Assembly: GCA_036390135.1 (NCBI GenBank)
Contig: DASWCL010000294.1
Location: 11,711-75,710 of the forward strand
Direction of reading: 5' to 3'
Origin: Candidatus Binatia bacterium
GTDB lineage: Bacteria; Desulfobacterota; Binatia; UBA9968
DNA: 64,000 nucleotides
Part shown: positions 36,206 through 46,724 of the stretch, piece after piece
How positions within the stretch are numbered: the stretch's first letter is position 1
Layout: each line of letters begins with the position of its first letter
Notes under the pieces: generated by a model
What the model was told of the DNA's origin: nothing
What the model saw: the letters and a program-made list of their open reading frames with translations, nothing else
Database searches by the model: none
Translations under genes and position numbers: made by a program

Positions 36206-36655
36206 ATGAGACTCGATGAATTAAAACCGGCACCGGGCTCGAACAAAAAGCGCAAGCGCGTCGGTCGCGGCGACGGTTCCGGACACGGGAAGACCTCGTG
36301 CCGTGGCCATAAAGGACAAGGTGCGCGCTCGGGCGGTAACGTCCAGCCAGGGTTTGAAGGCGGTCAGATGCCTTTGCAACGCCGCCTGCCCAAACGCGGT
36401 TTTCGCAATCCTTTCCGGGTGCAAATGTCGGTGGTGAATCTCGCGCAATTGGAAGCGCTTCAGGAAAGCGAGGTGACACCGGAAAATTTAGCTCAACATG
36501 GTTTAATCGCGGGTAAAAACCGGTTGGTCAAGATTCTTGGGGACGGCGCGCTATCGAAAGCGCTAACCGTTAGAGCTCACGGGTTTTCCCTTGCGGCAAA
36601 AGAAAAAATCGAAGCTGCGGGCGGCAAAGCGGAGTTAATTTCGCGCCATGCTTAA
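36206..36655 (+). CDS. rplO: 50S ribosomal protein L15 (directly follows rpsE; no rpmD/L30 gene)
   Basis: 149 aa, [30 protein letters not shown]. Confidence 0.95.
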   Translation: MRLDELKPAPGSNKKRKRVGRGDGSGHGKTSCRGHKGQGARSGGNVQPGFEGGQMPLQRRLPKRGFRNPFRVQMSVVNLAQLEALQESEVTPENLAQHGLIAGKNRLVKILGDGALSKALTVRAHGFSLAAKEKIEAAGGKAELISRHA

Positions 36656-37958
36656 TGGGTTTCAAAACGCCTCACGCATCCCCGAGCTGCGCCGCCGGCT
36701 GCTCTTCACTCTGGCGATGCTGGCGGTGTATCGGTTGGGGGTTCATGTGCCGACGCCGGGCATTGATCGCCAGGCGATGGCGGCGTTTTTCGATCAGCAA
36801 AAAAATACTCTCTTTGGCTTTCTCAACCTGTTTTCCGGCGGCGCGCTGGAACAATTCTCCGTTTTTTCGCTGGGCATCATGCCTTATATCAGCGCGTCGA
36901 TCATCTTGCAGTTGCTGACCGTGGTGTTTCCCTATTTGGAGCGACTGTCGAAGGAAGGCGAGATCGGGCGGCGCAAGATCACTCAGTATACGCGCTACGG
37001 CACCGTGGTGTTGTCGATCATTCAAGGCATGATGATCAGCGTCGGCCTGGAAGGGACGCAAGGACCAGGCGGTCATGGTTTGGTGTTGGCTCCCGGTTGG
37101 GGGTTTCGTTTCATGACAGTGATCACCCTGTCTTCCGGCACTGCTTTTATCATGTGGCTTGGCGAGCAGATTACCGAGCGCGGCATCGGTAACGGTATTT
37201 CGCTAATCATTTTTGCTGGTATCGTCGCCCGGCTGCCGTCGGCGATTACCACTACTTTACAGTTCATGCGGGAAGGCGAGCTGGGACCTCTGGTGGCGTT
37301 GGTGATCCTCGCGTTGAGCGTCGTCGTCGTCGGCGCCATTATCTTTGTCGAGCGGGGGCAGCGGCGCATTCCAGTGCAGTACGCCAAACGGGTGGTTGGC
37401 CGCAAAATGTATGGCGGCATGACCTCGCATCTGCCGCTCAAGATCAACACGGCGAACGTAATCCCGCCGATCTTTGCATCGTCGATCTTGATTTTTCCGG
37501 CGACCTTGGCGCAATTCGCCAATCATCCATGGGTGCAAACCGTCTCCGGCATGCTGGCGCCGGGAAGCTGGCTGCATGATTTGGTGTACGTGATTCTGAT
37601 CATTTTTTTCGCGTTCTTTTATACCGCCGTGGTTTTTAATCCGAGCGACGTCGCCGAGAATATGAAGAAGGCCGGTGGATATATTCCGGGCATACGTCCG
37701 GGGCAAAAAACGGCCGAGTACATCGAGCGCGTGCTGTCGCGCATTACTTTAAGCGGCGCGATCTATTTGTGTATCGTTTCGCTGTTGCCGACCATATTGG
37801 TGCGGCAGTTCAACGTGCCCTTCTATTTCGGCGGGACGGCGCTTTTGATCGTCGTCGGCGTGGCCCTGGATACTGTCGCGCAGATGGAAACCCATTTAAT
37901 CACCCGCAACTATGAAGGGTTCATGAAGCGGGGGCGGTTGCGCGGAAGAAGGGGCTAA
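36648..37958 (+). CDS. secY: preprotein translocase subunit SecY
   Basis: 436 aa, 10-TM SecY family. Confidence 0.97.
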   Translation: MLNGFQNASRIPELRRRLLFTLAMLAVYRLGVHVPTPGIDRQAMAAFFDQQKNTLFGFLNLFSGGALEQFSVFSLGIMPYISASIILQLLTVVFPYLERLSKEGEIGRRKITQYTRYGTVVLSIIQGMMISVGLEGTQGPGGHGLVLAPGWGFRFMTVITLSSGTAFIMWLGEQITERGIGNGISLIIFAGIVARLPSAITTTLQFMREGELGPLVALVILALSVVVVGAIIFVERGQRRIPVQYAKRVVGRKMYGGMTSHLPLKINTANVIPPIFASSILIFPATLAQFANHPWVQTVSGMLAPGSWLHDLVYVILIIFFAFFYTAVVFNPSDVAENMKKAGGYIPGIRPGQKTAEYIERVLSRITLSGAIYLCIVSLLPTILVRQFNVPFYFGGTALLIVVGVALDTVAQMETHLITRNYEGFMKRGRLRGRRG

Positions 37959-38627
37959 GTGGTGGCTGGGGCGGCGCGGATCGTATTGCTGGGTCCTCCA
38001 GGCGCAGGGAAGGGCACCCAGGCAAAGCTCCTTCAGGAAAAATTTACCGCCTGCCAAATTTCGACGGGCGATATCCTGCGCAAAGCCGTAGCCGAGCAAA
38101 CACCGTTGGGCAAGGAGGCGGCACAATATATCAATCGCGGCGCGTTGGTGCCCGACGGTGTGATCGTCAATTTGGTCGCCGAAAGGCTGAAGGAAAAGGA
38201 CTGCGAGCCGGGATTTATCCTGGACGGCTTCCCGCGCACGATCCCGCAGGCGGAGAGCTTAGACGCGATCCTGAAAAAACGGGGGCTGAGCTTAAATTGC
38301 GTGTTGTCGGTTCAAGTGCCGCAGCGCGAGATTATTGACAGACTCGCCGGCCGGCGCACCTGTCGAAACTGCGGCGCATTGGCGCATGTGGTTTTCAATC
38401 CTCCTAAGAAAGAGGGGGTGTGCGACCGCTGCGGTGGGGAGCTTTACCAGCGCGACGACGACCGCGAGGAAACGATTGCCAACCGGCTCAAGGTTTATGA
38501 AAGTCAAACCGCACCTTTGGTGAATTATTATCGGCAACAGGGCTTGCTGCGGGAGATCGACGGCGTTGGGACGGTCGATGCGATCCGCGCCCGAATCGGC
38601 AAGGCGCTGGGAGAACTCGCCCAGTGA
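37959..38627 (+). CDS. adk: adenylate kinase with Cys4 zinc lid (GTG start)
   Basis: GPPGAGKGTQA P-loop; lid CRNCG...CDRCG. Confidence 0.95.
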   Translation: MVAGAARIVLLGPPGAGKGTQAKLLQEKFTACQISTGDILRKAVAEQTPLGKEAAQYINRGALVPDGVIVNLVAERLKEKDCEPGFILDGFPRTIPQAESLDAILKKRGLSLNCVLSVQVPQREIIDRLAGRRTCRNCGALAHVVFNPPKKEGVCDRCGGELYQRDDDREETIANRLKVYESQTAPLVNYYRQQGLLREIDGVGTVDAIRARIGKALGELAQ

Positions 38628-39382
38628 TCTCGCTTAAGTCCGCTCGAGAAATCGAGATCATGAGGCGGGCGAATGTGATCGTCGCGGAAGTCTTGCGGGC
38701 ACTAAAGGAACGAGTGGCGCCCGGCGTGACGACTTTAGAGCTCGATGCTCTAGCCGAGGAACTCACGTTAAGCAAGGGCGCGATACCGGCGTTCAAAGGA
38801 TATAACGTTGCCGGGAGAGTGTACCCGCGTTGCTTGTGCGCCTCGATAAACGAGGAGATCGTGCACGGTATTCCGTCGAACCGAGCGTTGCGTGAAGGCG
38901 ATATCATTGGCCTCGACTACGGGGTCATTTATGAAGGTTACTATGGCGACTCCGCGATTACCGTCGGCGTAGGCCGGGTAAGTGACGAAGCCCAGCGGCT
39001 CATGGGGATCACTGAGCAGTCACTGTACAAGGGCATCGAGCAGCTCCACGACGGCAAGCGATTGGGCGATTTGGGCTCGGTCGTTCAACAAATTGCTGAA
39101 AGCGCCGGCTACTCAGTGGTGCGAGCTTTCGTTGGCCATGGCATCGGTAAGAAGTTACACGAAGAGCCGCCGGTGCCGAATTATGGCGAACCGGACCGCG
39201 GGCTGCGGGTGAAAGAGGGGATGGTTTTGGCGATTGAGCCGATGGTCAACGCCGGCGGCTACGAAGTTGAGATCAAAGAAGACGGTTGGACCGCGGTGAC
39301 GAAAGATGGTAGTTTGGCCGCCCATTTCGAGCATTCGGTGGCGATCACCAAAGACGGGCCTTATATTTTAAGTCAACTTTAG
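38624..39382 (+). CDS. map: type I methionine aminopeptidase (GTG start overlapping adk stop)
   Basis: 252 aa, metal ligands D..D..H..E..E in conserved context. Confidence 0.95.
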   Translation: MISLKSAREIEIMRRANVIVAEVLRALKERVAPGVTTLELDALAEELTLSKGAIPAFKGYNVAGRVYPRCLCASINEEIVHGIPSNRALREGDIIGLDYGVIYEGYYGDSAITVGVGRVSDEAQRLMGITEQSLYKGIEQLHDGKRLGDLGSVVQQIAESAGYSVVRAFVGHGIGKKLHEEPPVPNYGEPDRGLRVKEGMVLAIEPMVNAGGYEVEIKEDGWTAVTKDGSLAAHFEHSVAITKDGPYILSQL

Positions 39383-39413
39383 TCGCGAGGAGAATCGGTA
39401 GGCAGGGTTTTCT

Positions 39414-39632
39414 ATGCCAAAAGAAGACGCCATCGAAGTAACCGGGACGGTGCTGGAGACGCTGCCCAACGCGATGTTTCGCGTGCAGTTGGATAATGGG
39501 CACAAGGTGCTGGCCCATATTTCCGGCAAGATGCGCATGCACTACATCAAGATATTGCCGGGCGACAAAGTGAAGATCGAGCTGTCGCCCTATGACTTGG
39601 CGCGTGGGCGCATTATTTTCCGCGAACGCTAA
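39414..39632 (+). CDS. infA: translation initiation factor IF-1
   Basis: 72 aa, S1-like, [30 protein letters not shown]. Confidence 0.97.
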   Translation: MPKEDAIEVTGTVLETLPNAMFRVQLDNGHKVLAHISGKMRMHYIKILPGDKVKIELSPYDLARGRIIFRER

Positions 39633-39645
39633 AAGGAGTGAGGTC

Positions 39646-39759
39646 GTGAAGGTCAGGGCATCGGTAAAGAAGATCTGTAGCAAGTGTAAAGTGATTCGGC
39701 GCAAAGGGGTGGTGCGCATACAGTGTGAGAACACCAAACACAAGCAGCGCCAAGGTTGA
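39646..39759 (+). CDS. rpmJ: 50S ribosomal protein L36 (zinc ribbon C-C-C-H)
   Basis: Manually translated 37-aa ORF: [37 protein letters not shown]; AGGAGTGAGG RBS upstream. Confidence 0.85.
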   Translation: MKVRASVKKICSKCKVIRRKGVVRIQCENTKHKQRQG

Positions 39760-39793
39760 TCTTACAGTTTGAAAAAATAGACGGAGTAGAAAT

Positions 39794-40177
39794 ATGGCAC
39801 GTATCGCAGGCGTAGATCTGCCGAAGAGCAAGAGAATGGAAGTTGCGCTGACGTATATTTACGGTATTGGCCGCAGCTCCTCACGGGACATCCTGACTCA
39901 GGCCGGCATTTCGTTGGATTTGAAAAGCGACGATTTGACCGACGACGACACCGCCAAGATTCGTCAAGTGATCGAGCAGGCTTACAAGGTAGAAGGCGAT
40001 CTTCGGCGCGAGGTCACCTCCAATATCAAGCGTCACCTCGACATGGGGTCGTATCGAGGCCAACGCCACCGCAAAAACTTGCCGGCGCGAGGCCAACGGA
40101 CCCATACCAATGCGCGCACCCGCAAAGGGCCGCGCAAAACGGTCGCCGGTAAAAAGACGGCGCCATCAAAGGGCTAA
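39794..40177 (+). CDS. rpsM: 30S ribosomal protein S13
   Basis: 127 aa, [26 protein letters not shown]. Confidence 0.97.
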   Translation: MARIAGVDLPKSKRMEVALTYIYGIGRSSSRDILTQAGISLDLKSDDLTDDDTAKIRQVIEQAYKVEGDLRREVTSNIKRHLDMGSYRGQRHRKNLPARGQRTHTNARTRKGPRKTVAGKKTAPSKG

Positions 40178-40189
40178 CAGGAGTCGCTT

Positions 40190-40630
40190 ATGGCAGACGC
40201 TACGGATGAGAAGCAAAAAACTGACGGTCAGGCAGATCAAAAGGCGAGCGAGCGCGCTGCGCGAAAAAAACGTGGGCGGAAAAACATCGCCGAGGGCGTG
40301 GTGCATATTCATTCGACCTTCAACAACACCATCGTCACGATTACGGACTATCAGGGCAACGTGATTTCTTGGTCGAGCGCCGGCGCGATGGGGTTTAAGG
40401 GATCGCGCAAAGGAACCCCATTTGCCGCCCAACAAGCGGCCGACAGCGCGGCAAAAAAAGCGATGGATCACGGCCTCCGCAGCGTGCAGATCTTTGTGCG
40501 CGGTCCGGGCGCGGGACGGGAGTCGGCATTGCGCGCGCTGCAATCAGCGGGCATCAATATCAGCTTGATCAAGGACGTGACGCCGATCCCGCATAACGGC
40601 TGTCGTCCGCCGAAACGACGAAGGGTTTGA
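40190..40630 (+). CDS. rpsK: 30S ribosomal protein S11 (with Lys/Glu-rich N-terminal extension)
   Basis: 146 aa; conserved core [21 protein letters not shown]... Confidence 0.95.
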   Translation: MADATDEKQKTDGQADQKASERAARKKRGRKNIAEGVVHIHSTFNNTIVTITDYQGNVISWSSAGAMGFKGSRKGTPFAAQQAADSAAKKAMDHGLRSVQIFVRGPGAGRESALRALQSAGINISLIKDVTPIPHNGCRPPKRRRV

Positions 40631-40651
40631 CGACTAGAGGAGGAAATCGGA

Positions 40652-41278
40652 TTGGCTAGATACACGGAATCGGTGTGCCGGCTTTGCAGGCGCGAAAATT
40701 TGAAGCTCTTTCTCAAGGGGGAGCGCTGCTATACGGACAAATGCGCTATCGAACGACGAAACTATCCTCCGGGCGAGCACGGCCAAGGCCGGCAAAAGTT
40801 TTCTGAGTATAGTATCCAGCTCAGGGAAAAGCAGAAGGTGAAGCGCATGTACGGCCTGCTCGAAAAGCAGTTTCGCCGCACCTTTGCCGAAGCTTCGCGC
40901 ACCAGGGGCATCACCGGCGAGACCTTGCTGGTGCTGCTGGAGCGCCGCCTCGATAACTGCGCCTACCGGCTTGGCTTTGCCAGCTCGCGGGCCGAGGCGC
41001 GAACCTTGGTTCGACACGGGCATATTCTTATCAACGGCAAAAAGGTGAACATCCCTTCGTACACCGTGCGCGTCGGCGACACGGTTTCGGTAAAAGAACC
41101 GAGTCGCCAACTCGGGCGCGTGCAGACGGCCATGGAAGGCGCTCAACGTCGCGGTATTCCCGACTGGGCGGAAGTGGACCGGGAATCTTGCAGCGGTCGG
41201 ATCAAGATATTGCCGTCGCGCAACGATATCACGATGCCCATCAATGAAAAGCTAATCGTCGAATTATATTCGAAGTAA
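40652..41278 (+). CDS. rpsD: 30S ribosomal protein S4 (N-terminal zinc-finger form)
   Basis: [31 protein letters not shown]; S4 RNA-binding domain. Confidence 0.96.
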   Translation: MARYTESVCRLCRRENLKLFLKGERCYTDKCAIERRNYPPGEHGQGRQKFSEYSIQLREKQKVKRMYGLLEKQFRRTFAEASRTRGITGETLLVLLERRLDNCAYRLGFASSRAEARTLVRHGHILINGKKVNIPSYTVRVGDTVSVKEPSRQLGRVQTAMEGAQRRGIPDWAEVDRESCSGRIKILPSRNDITMPINEKLIVELYSK

Positions 41279-41299
41279 AGTTCGAATGTGGGAGAGGCT

Positions 41300-42328
41300 A
41301 TGTCTACAATGTATAAACATTGGACGGATTTGATTAAACCCAAGCAATTGGAGGTAGAAGAGAAAACTCTGACCTCGACCTATGGCAAGTTTTACGCCGA
41401 GCCCTTCGAGCGCGGCTTCGGCCAAACCATCGGCAATTCACTGCGCCGCATCATGCTGTCATCGCTCATGGGCGCGTCGATCGTCGCGGTGCGCATCAAA
41501 AGCATTTTGCACGAATTTTCCACCGTGCCTGGCGTGACCGAAGACGTTGCCGATATCATTCTAAACTTGAAAGAAATTCGCCTGCGGCTCAATGAAAGCG
41601 AACAACAGACCGCGCGCATCGATGCCAAGGGGCCGGGCATCGTTTACGCCAAAGACATCGTCGCTCCGCCGAGCGTCGAAGTCTTAAACCCTGATCACAA
41701 GATCGCCACCTTATCGCGCGACGCCAAACTTGAAATGGAACTCTTGGTCAAGCTCGGCCGCGGCTACGTGCCGGCGGAGCGCAACAAAGAAGAAGGCGCA
41801 CCGGTGGACACAATTTTTATCGACGCGGTTTTCTCGCCGATCCAAAAGGTCAATTTCACGGTCGCCAACGCGCGGGTCGGCCAGCGCACGGATTATGACC
41901 GTGTAGTCTTCGAAGTGCACACGGATGGCAGTGTCAAGCCCGATGACGCGATGGCTTACGCCGCCAAGATCCTGCAGGATCAAGTCAGCATCTTCGTCAA
42001 CTTCCAGGAGGAGCCGCGCCCCGAGAAAAAAGACGACGGCCCGGCGATTCCATTAAACGAAAACCTGTTTCGCAGCGTCGATGAGCTCGAATTTTCCGTG
42101 CGCTCACAGAATTGCCTGCAAAACGCCGATATCAAATACATCGGCGAGCTCGTGCAAAAGAGCGAGCAGGAAATGCTTCGGACCAAGAATTTCGGCCACA
42201 AATCGCTCAACGAGATCAAGGAAATTCTCAAGGAAATGGGGCTCGAGCTGGGCATGAAAATCGAACATTTTCCGTCGCGCGAAGAGATCGACGCGCGCAA
42301 ACGCGCCGCCGAGAAGGAGCCGGTCTAA
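41300..42328 (+). CDS. rpoA: DNA-directed RNA polymerase subunit alpha (start could be 41288 GTG or 41309)
   Basis: N-terminal dimerisation and C-terminal alpha-CTD domains. Confidence 0.93.
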   Translation: MSTMYKHWTDLIKPKQLEVEEKTLTSTYGKFYAEPFERGFGQTIGNSLRRIMLSSLMGASIVAVRIKSILHEFSTVPGVTEDVADIILNLKEIRLRLNESEQQTARIDAKGPGIVYAKDIVAPPSVEVLNPDHKIATLSRDAKLEMELLVKLGRGYVPAERNKEEGAPVDTIFIDAVFSPIQKVNFTVANARVGQRTDYDRVVFEVHTDGSVKPDDAMAYAAKILQDQVSIFVNFQEEPRPEKKDDGPAIPLNENLFRSVDELEFSVRSQNCLQNADIKYIGELVQKSEQEMLRTKNFGHKSLNEIKEILKEMGLELGMKIEHFPSREEIDARKRAAEKEPV

Positions 42329-42331
42329 GTC

Positions 42332-42784
42332 ATGCGCCATCTTAAGTCGGGACGACAACTCAGTCGCAACTCCGCCCACCGGTGGGCGCTGATGCGAAAC
42401 CTCATCACCGCGCTATTGCGCGAGGAAAAGATCCGAACCACCGATCCCAAAGCCAAGGAATTGCGCCGCTGGGTCGACCGGGTCATCACCCTCGGCAAGC
42501 GAGGCAGCTTGCACGCGCGCCGCCAAGCTTTGAGCATCGTCCAGGACAAAACGGTCGTGCGAAAATTGTTCGACACCATCGGACCGCGTTTCAAGGATCG
42601 CGCCGGTGGATATACGCGCATTATAAAAATCGGCATCCGGCACGGCGATGCGGCGCAAATGTCCGTAATCGAACTCGTCGGCGGAGAGAATGAAAAAGAA
42701 GCGAGCAAGGGCGGTGCAAAAAAGGGCCGCCGTGCGCGCCGCAGACAGAGAGCCGAACAACGACCACAAGAGGCAGTTGCATAG
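42332..42784 (+). CDS. rplQ: 50S ribosomal protein L17
   Basis: 150 aa, [24 protein letters not shown]. Confidence 0.96.
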   Translation: MRHLKSGRQLSRNSAHRWALMRNLITALLREEKIRTTDPKAKELRRWVDRVITLGKRGSLHARRQALSIVQDKTVVRKLFDTIGPRFKDRAGGYTRIIKIGIRHGDAAQMSVIELVGGENEKEASKGGAKKGRRARRRQRAEQRPQEAVA

Positions 42785-42813
42785 AAGCTGGCTCAATTCA
42801 TCTTTTTTTGATC

Positions 42814-42864
42814 GAACAGCCCGCGCGCGATCCGAGACGATCCGGCGGGCTGTTCTAGTTTTTT
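42814..42864 (+). terminator. Rho-independent terminator closing the ribosomal superoperon
   Basis: GAACAGCCCGC...GCGGGCTGTTC 11-bp stem then TAGTTTTTT. Confidence 0.8.
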
Positions 42865-43181
42865 GCCAAGCAAGCTACTTAGATTTCTGAAAACGGACTG
42901 TCATGAACGATTAGGTGCTGGATTCGCTATAGAAACGGAAATCTCGCTTCGACTGGACGGTGGAGAGCCGCGAAAAATAATCGATTTAAAAGGAGTTGCT
43001 ATTGCTATCGCTGATTTGGAACGTTAAAAATTTATGGAGGGTCGACGAGACAGTATGCCGATGATTCCGCGAGGCCACGATACTTCCTGCTGGCGTTGGA
43101 AGCCCGCCGACTTCTGGTGCCTTTGCTGCGGTTTTATAGCGGGGTGATGCTTTCAGAGCGCGTCTGATGTAGTGACACAAG

Positions 43182-44303
43182 ATGGCACGGCCGAAGAATT
43201 TCCGTTACGCTCTCAATCAAAAAATTCGCCGCATCGCTAAAACGGTCATGCGTTGGGTGACGAACGAGTCGAAAGAGAAGCGCCTCGATTTTCAATGTGA
43301 AGAGATCGAGAGAATATTGCTCGTGCGAGCGACTTCGCGCATGGGCGACTCCATCCTCGCGACCGGTGCGATCCCAGCGTTCCGGAAAAGCTTTCCCGAC
43401 GCGCGGATCGACTTTGTCGGCTCGCGGATATCTTCAGCGCTTCTCCGGAACCTTCCCATCGACAATCATTTTACCATTACTCGGCGGTTTCCTCAGGCTT
43501 CATGGTCTTACCTTGTTTTGCTCGCACAGCTCAGATCCATACGTTACGACTTCGCGATTGATCTTAGCTGTTCCCAGTCAGCCATGGGATCGTTCATCGT
43601 GGGATTTTCAGGGGCGCGCTTTCGCGTCGGCTTGCGTGGCGAATGGGATCGTTGGTTTAACGTCAGGATCGACAGACCGCCCGAGAGAAACAAGTACAGC
43701 GTCTTGCCCGCTCTATTGCGAGCCGTTGGCTTGCCTGCCGAAGAAAACCTTCCCTTCTTAGTGCTTTCTCACGGAGAAAAGGAGGATGGAAGAAAGAAAA
43801 TCAACGATTTGATCGCAGCGGATCGCGCTCCCGTTGTCGGCGTTTTTGTCGGAGGCAGGAAAAGCTGGGGAAAGCGATGGCCCATCGACAATTTTTGTGA
43901 GCTGATCAGGACGCTTTACCGGCGCGGCATCAACGTCATTACTTTCGTGGGGCCTGAAGAGACCAGGCTGGTCGGCTTTCTTAAGAAGGCCTTGGGTACT
44001 CAACCTTTGGTTTATGAATCCTCGTCGAGAAATTTTGCCGCCATGGTTTCGCATTGCGATCTCTTTGTCACATGTGACAGCGGCCCGATGCATCTGGCCT
44101 CTGCTTTGGGAACCCGCACCGTTGCCATCTTCCGCAACAACAATTTCGACCATTGGGCGCCACCTCAGACTCTGGCGCGGGTTGTCTATCAACCTGACGG
44201 CTGCTCCACCGCGGCCGTGTTGCGCGTTTGCCTTGCAGAATTGACCGGTTCTCACCCCTCTGAGTCCAGCCGCAGTGCAGATGCGCCCGTGCTTACCGTT
44301 TAA
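43182..44303 (+). CDS. GT9-family ADP-heptose:LPS heptosyltransferase-like glycosyltransferase (start may be an internal Met)
   Basis: Rossmann GT-B motifs ILLVRATSRMGDSILATGAIPAF..., DLFVTCDSGPMHLASALGTRTVAIF. Confidence 0.75.
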   Translation: MARPKNFRYALNQKIRRIAKTVMRWVTNESKEKRLDFQCEEIERILLVRATSRMGDSILATGAIPAFRKSFPDARIDFVGSRISSALLRNLPIDNHFTITRRFPQASWSYLVLLAQLRSIRYDFAIDLSCSQSAMGSFIVGFSGARFRVGLRGEWDRWFNVRIDRPPERNKYSVLPALLRAVGLPAEENLPFLVLSHGEKEDGRKKINDLIAADRAPVVGVFVGGRKSWGKRWPIDNFCELIRTLYRRGINVITFVGPEETRLVGFLKKALGTQPLVYESSSRNFAAMVSHCDLFVTCDSGPMHLASALGTRTVAIFRNNNFDHWAPPQTLARVVYQPDGCSTAAVLRVCLAELTGSHPSESSRSADAPVLTV

Positions 44304-44632
44304 ACTTCTGACCGGTAATCAAGCAGTTTATTTACGCGATGCGAGCCACGCATCGGCTTCGTTGCCTGCGGCACTTCGGATTTTATTATCCCGGAAACAG
44401 CGCAACTGGTTAGATCACGACCGGTGAAAAATTAGTGCCATTGCCGGTTTCGCCCTGGGTGTTTCCAGCCGCGTCCGCTCCAAAGTAAACTGCGGCGAGG
44501 GCCGACGATGGCTAACTCGCTTCACCGCATCTGAGATCGTTTTCAGGGCCGATCGCCGTTGCCGCGTTCCCCGAGTGAGGTTGCCAACATCCCTGGGAAA
44601 ATATCTCAATGGGCGAACACGTGACATAGCCT

Positions 44633-45070
44633 TTGCTCGCGTATGGCCGTGCTTTTGTTCGGCGCCTAGTCGTGATAATTAAGGCCCCGATGAATCAGAA
44701 TCGTGAAGGCGCGTTGCATCGGTCGTTGAATGATTTTCTCCGCTTCGAGCTTGATGAAGCAGCGCTGAAGCGACTCCAATGGCGTGATTTCGGCAACGGA
44801 CTGTCGATGTCGCGCCTCGCGCGTGAAGGCCAGCGCGAGTTGGTGCTTTACCGGATCGCCGCCGCCGCTTCGCCTAACGCGTTTGTAAAGCACGAGCATA
44901 TCGGCGGCGAATTCTATCTGGTGCTCAAAGGCAAGATTGCCGACGAGACCGGCGAGTATGAAAAGGGCGACGTCGTGTTTTTAGATCCCAAATCCATGCA
45001 CACGCCGCGGGCGATTGGCGAGACCATCGTTTTAGTTTTTTGGCCCGCCGGAGTTCGCCTCGTCGACTGA
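44633..45070 (+). CDS. cupin-domain protein (ChrR-like cupin without the anti-sigma N-domain); probable start at MNQNREG (44690)
   Basis: HEHIGGEFYLVLKGK...GDVVFLDPKSMHTPRA, a cupin beta-barrel signature. Confidence 0.55.
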   Translation: MLAYGRAFVRRLVVIIKAPMNQNREGALHRSLNDFLRFELDEAALKRLQWRDFGNGLSMSRLAREGQRELVLYRIAAAASPNAFVKHEHIGGEFYLVLKGKIADETGEYEKGDVVFLDPKSMHTPRAIGETIVLVFWPAGVRLVD

Positions 45071-45094
45071 CCGCAATAATTTTTCAGTTCAGCC

Positions 45095-45991
45095 ATGGGA
45101 GGCAAAATGAAAACTTTAGGATTCATCGGCACGGGCGGCATGGGTAGCGGCATGGCGGCCAACTTGATCAAGGCGGGAAATAAACTGCTTGTCAACGACT
45201 TGCGCCGCGAGCAATCCAAGGGGTTGGAAAGTCAGGGGGCGGTCTTCAAGGAGTCGCCGAAAGCGGTGGCCGAGTCCTGTGAAATTGTGCTGTCGATGCT
45301 GCCGTACAATGAAGCGGTGCGCGCCGTCGGCCTCGGCGCCGGCGGTTTGCACGAAGCGGCTAGTGGTGCGAAACTTTGGATCGACTTCAGCAGCATCGAC
45401 AAGAAGACCATCGTCGGCGTCCATACCGAGCTTTCGAAAAAAGGCTGGACCGTTGTCGACGGCTCGGCGGGCGGCGTCGAAGAAGCGGCGGCGGCCGGGA
45501 CGTTGTCCCTGTGGCTTTCGGGATCGAAAGCAGTCTTCGATGAGCATCAGGTGGTGTTTAAAGCCATGGGAAACAAGGTGCTCTACGTCGGCGAGTTGGG
45601 CAACGCCAAGCTGGTAAAAAACGCCATGGCGATGTTCGCCGCGGTGACGCATTTAACTTTGGCGGAGATTTGCTCTTGGCTCAAAAAGGGTGGCTTGACC
45701 GAAGACACTTTTCGCACGATCCTGAAAAACTCGCAGCAGGACTCCGTCGCCATCGACCGCATCATGGAAATCGTCGTCAGCCGCAAATACAAGCCGCGTA
45801 AATCGTGGATGCCGAAAGACGTCGGATTCGGTCTCGATATGGCGCGCGAGATGGAAGTGCCCATGCCTTTTGTCGCGCTCGCCTATCAAATGTTTTCGAT
45901 CGCCCAGGCGACCGGCACGGACGGTTACGAAGCCACCGGCATCGCCTGCAACGTGTACGATGTGATCACCGGGCAGAAGCGGGGTGTTTAA
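45095..45991 (+). CDS. NAD(P)-dependent 3-hydroxyisobutyrate/6-phosphogluconate dehydrogenase-family oxidoreductase
   Basis: MKTLGFIGTGGMGSGMAANL Rossmann fold; catalytic-domain motifs GSAGGVEEAAAAGTLSLWLSG. Confidence 0.8.
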   Translation: MGGKMKTLGFIGTGGMGSGMAANLIKAGNKLLVNDLRREQSKGLESQGAVFKESPKAVAESCEIVLSMLPYNEAVRAVGLGAGGLHEAASGAKLWIDFSSIDKKTIVGVHTELSKKGWTVVDGSAGGVEEAAAAGTLSLWLSGSKAVFDEHQVVFKAMGNKVLYVGELGNAKLVKNAMAMFAAVTHLTLAEICSWLKKGGLTEDTFRTILKNSQQDSVAIDRIMEIVVSRKYKPRKSWMPKDVGFGLDMAREMEVPMPFVALAYQMFSIAQATGTDGYEATGIACNVYDVITGQKRGV

Positions 45992-46535
45992 CTCAATGGC
46001 AGGACTGCCGCCGGACCGTATTTCGCGATTTCTCACTTATCTTTTGCGTCATCGGCCCAAGGAGTATCCGTTGGTGTTCGACAAGCGCGGTTTCGTCGAT
46101 TGGCGCGACTTGGTGGAGCTGGTGGAAGAGCGCTTCTATGACGTAACCGAAAATGACATTCGCGCCGTCGTCACCGACTCGCAAAAGAAACGATTCGAAC
46201 TGCAAGAAAATAAAGTGCGCGCCACGTACGGCCATTCGTTCCCCCTTGACCTCGGGGAGGAAACGATGGAACCGCCGGACAAACTTTACTGTGGCACGGC
46301 GCGCGACCTGGCGGCGTCGATGCTCCGCGACGGCCTCAAGCCGCGCGATCGGCAATACGTTCACCTGAGTGTTTCCGCCGAGGAAGCCGAGTCAGTCGCT
46401 CGACGGCACGATCCCACGCCGGCGATTATCGCCGTGGACGCGCGAGGCGCCTACGGCGAGGGAATCCACTTTCACCAGGCCGGCCCGCTGTTCCTTGTGG
46501 AAACGGTGCCAGCCAAGTTTTTGTCGTTAAAATAG
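45984..46535 (+). CDS. kptA: RNA 2'-phosphotransferase KptA/Tpt1
   Basis: LRHRP, KKRFEL, YGHSF, HLSVS motifs align with E. coli KptA; start likely MAGLPPD (45996). Confidence 0.8.
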   Translation: MFNSMAGLPPDRISRFLTYLLRHRPKEYPLVFDKRGFVDWRDLVELVEERFYDVTENDIRAVVTDSQKKRFELQENKVRATYGHSFPLDLGEETMEPPDKLYCGTARDLAASMLRDGLKPRDRQYVHLSVSAEEAESVARRHDPTPAIIAVDARGAYGEGIHFHQAGPLFLVETVPAKFLSLK

Positions 46536-46724
46536 CGCCGACGTTGTCCGCCGCCGCAACCTCCCTGACCCAGCGGCCCTTTGTAACCCTTGTGCACACT
46601 TGTTTGCACGGCGGAAATCATTACGTTAGAGTAGTTTAACGATCGTTTCCCCAATATTTTGCTAGAGTTTCTGTCCGGCAACGGTTCGCGCGACCGGTAC
46701 GGAATAGAATTATCAAGAATCGAA

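Noticed and set aside
44415-44627. 70-aa Arg-rich minus-strand ORF between the heptosyltransferase and the cupin gene
   Set aside because: No homology, overlaps the likely promoter/5' region of the cupin gene, low-complexity composition.
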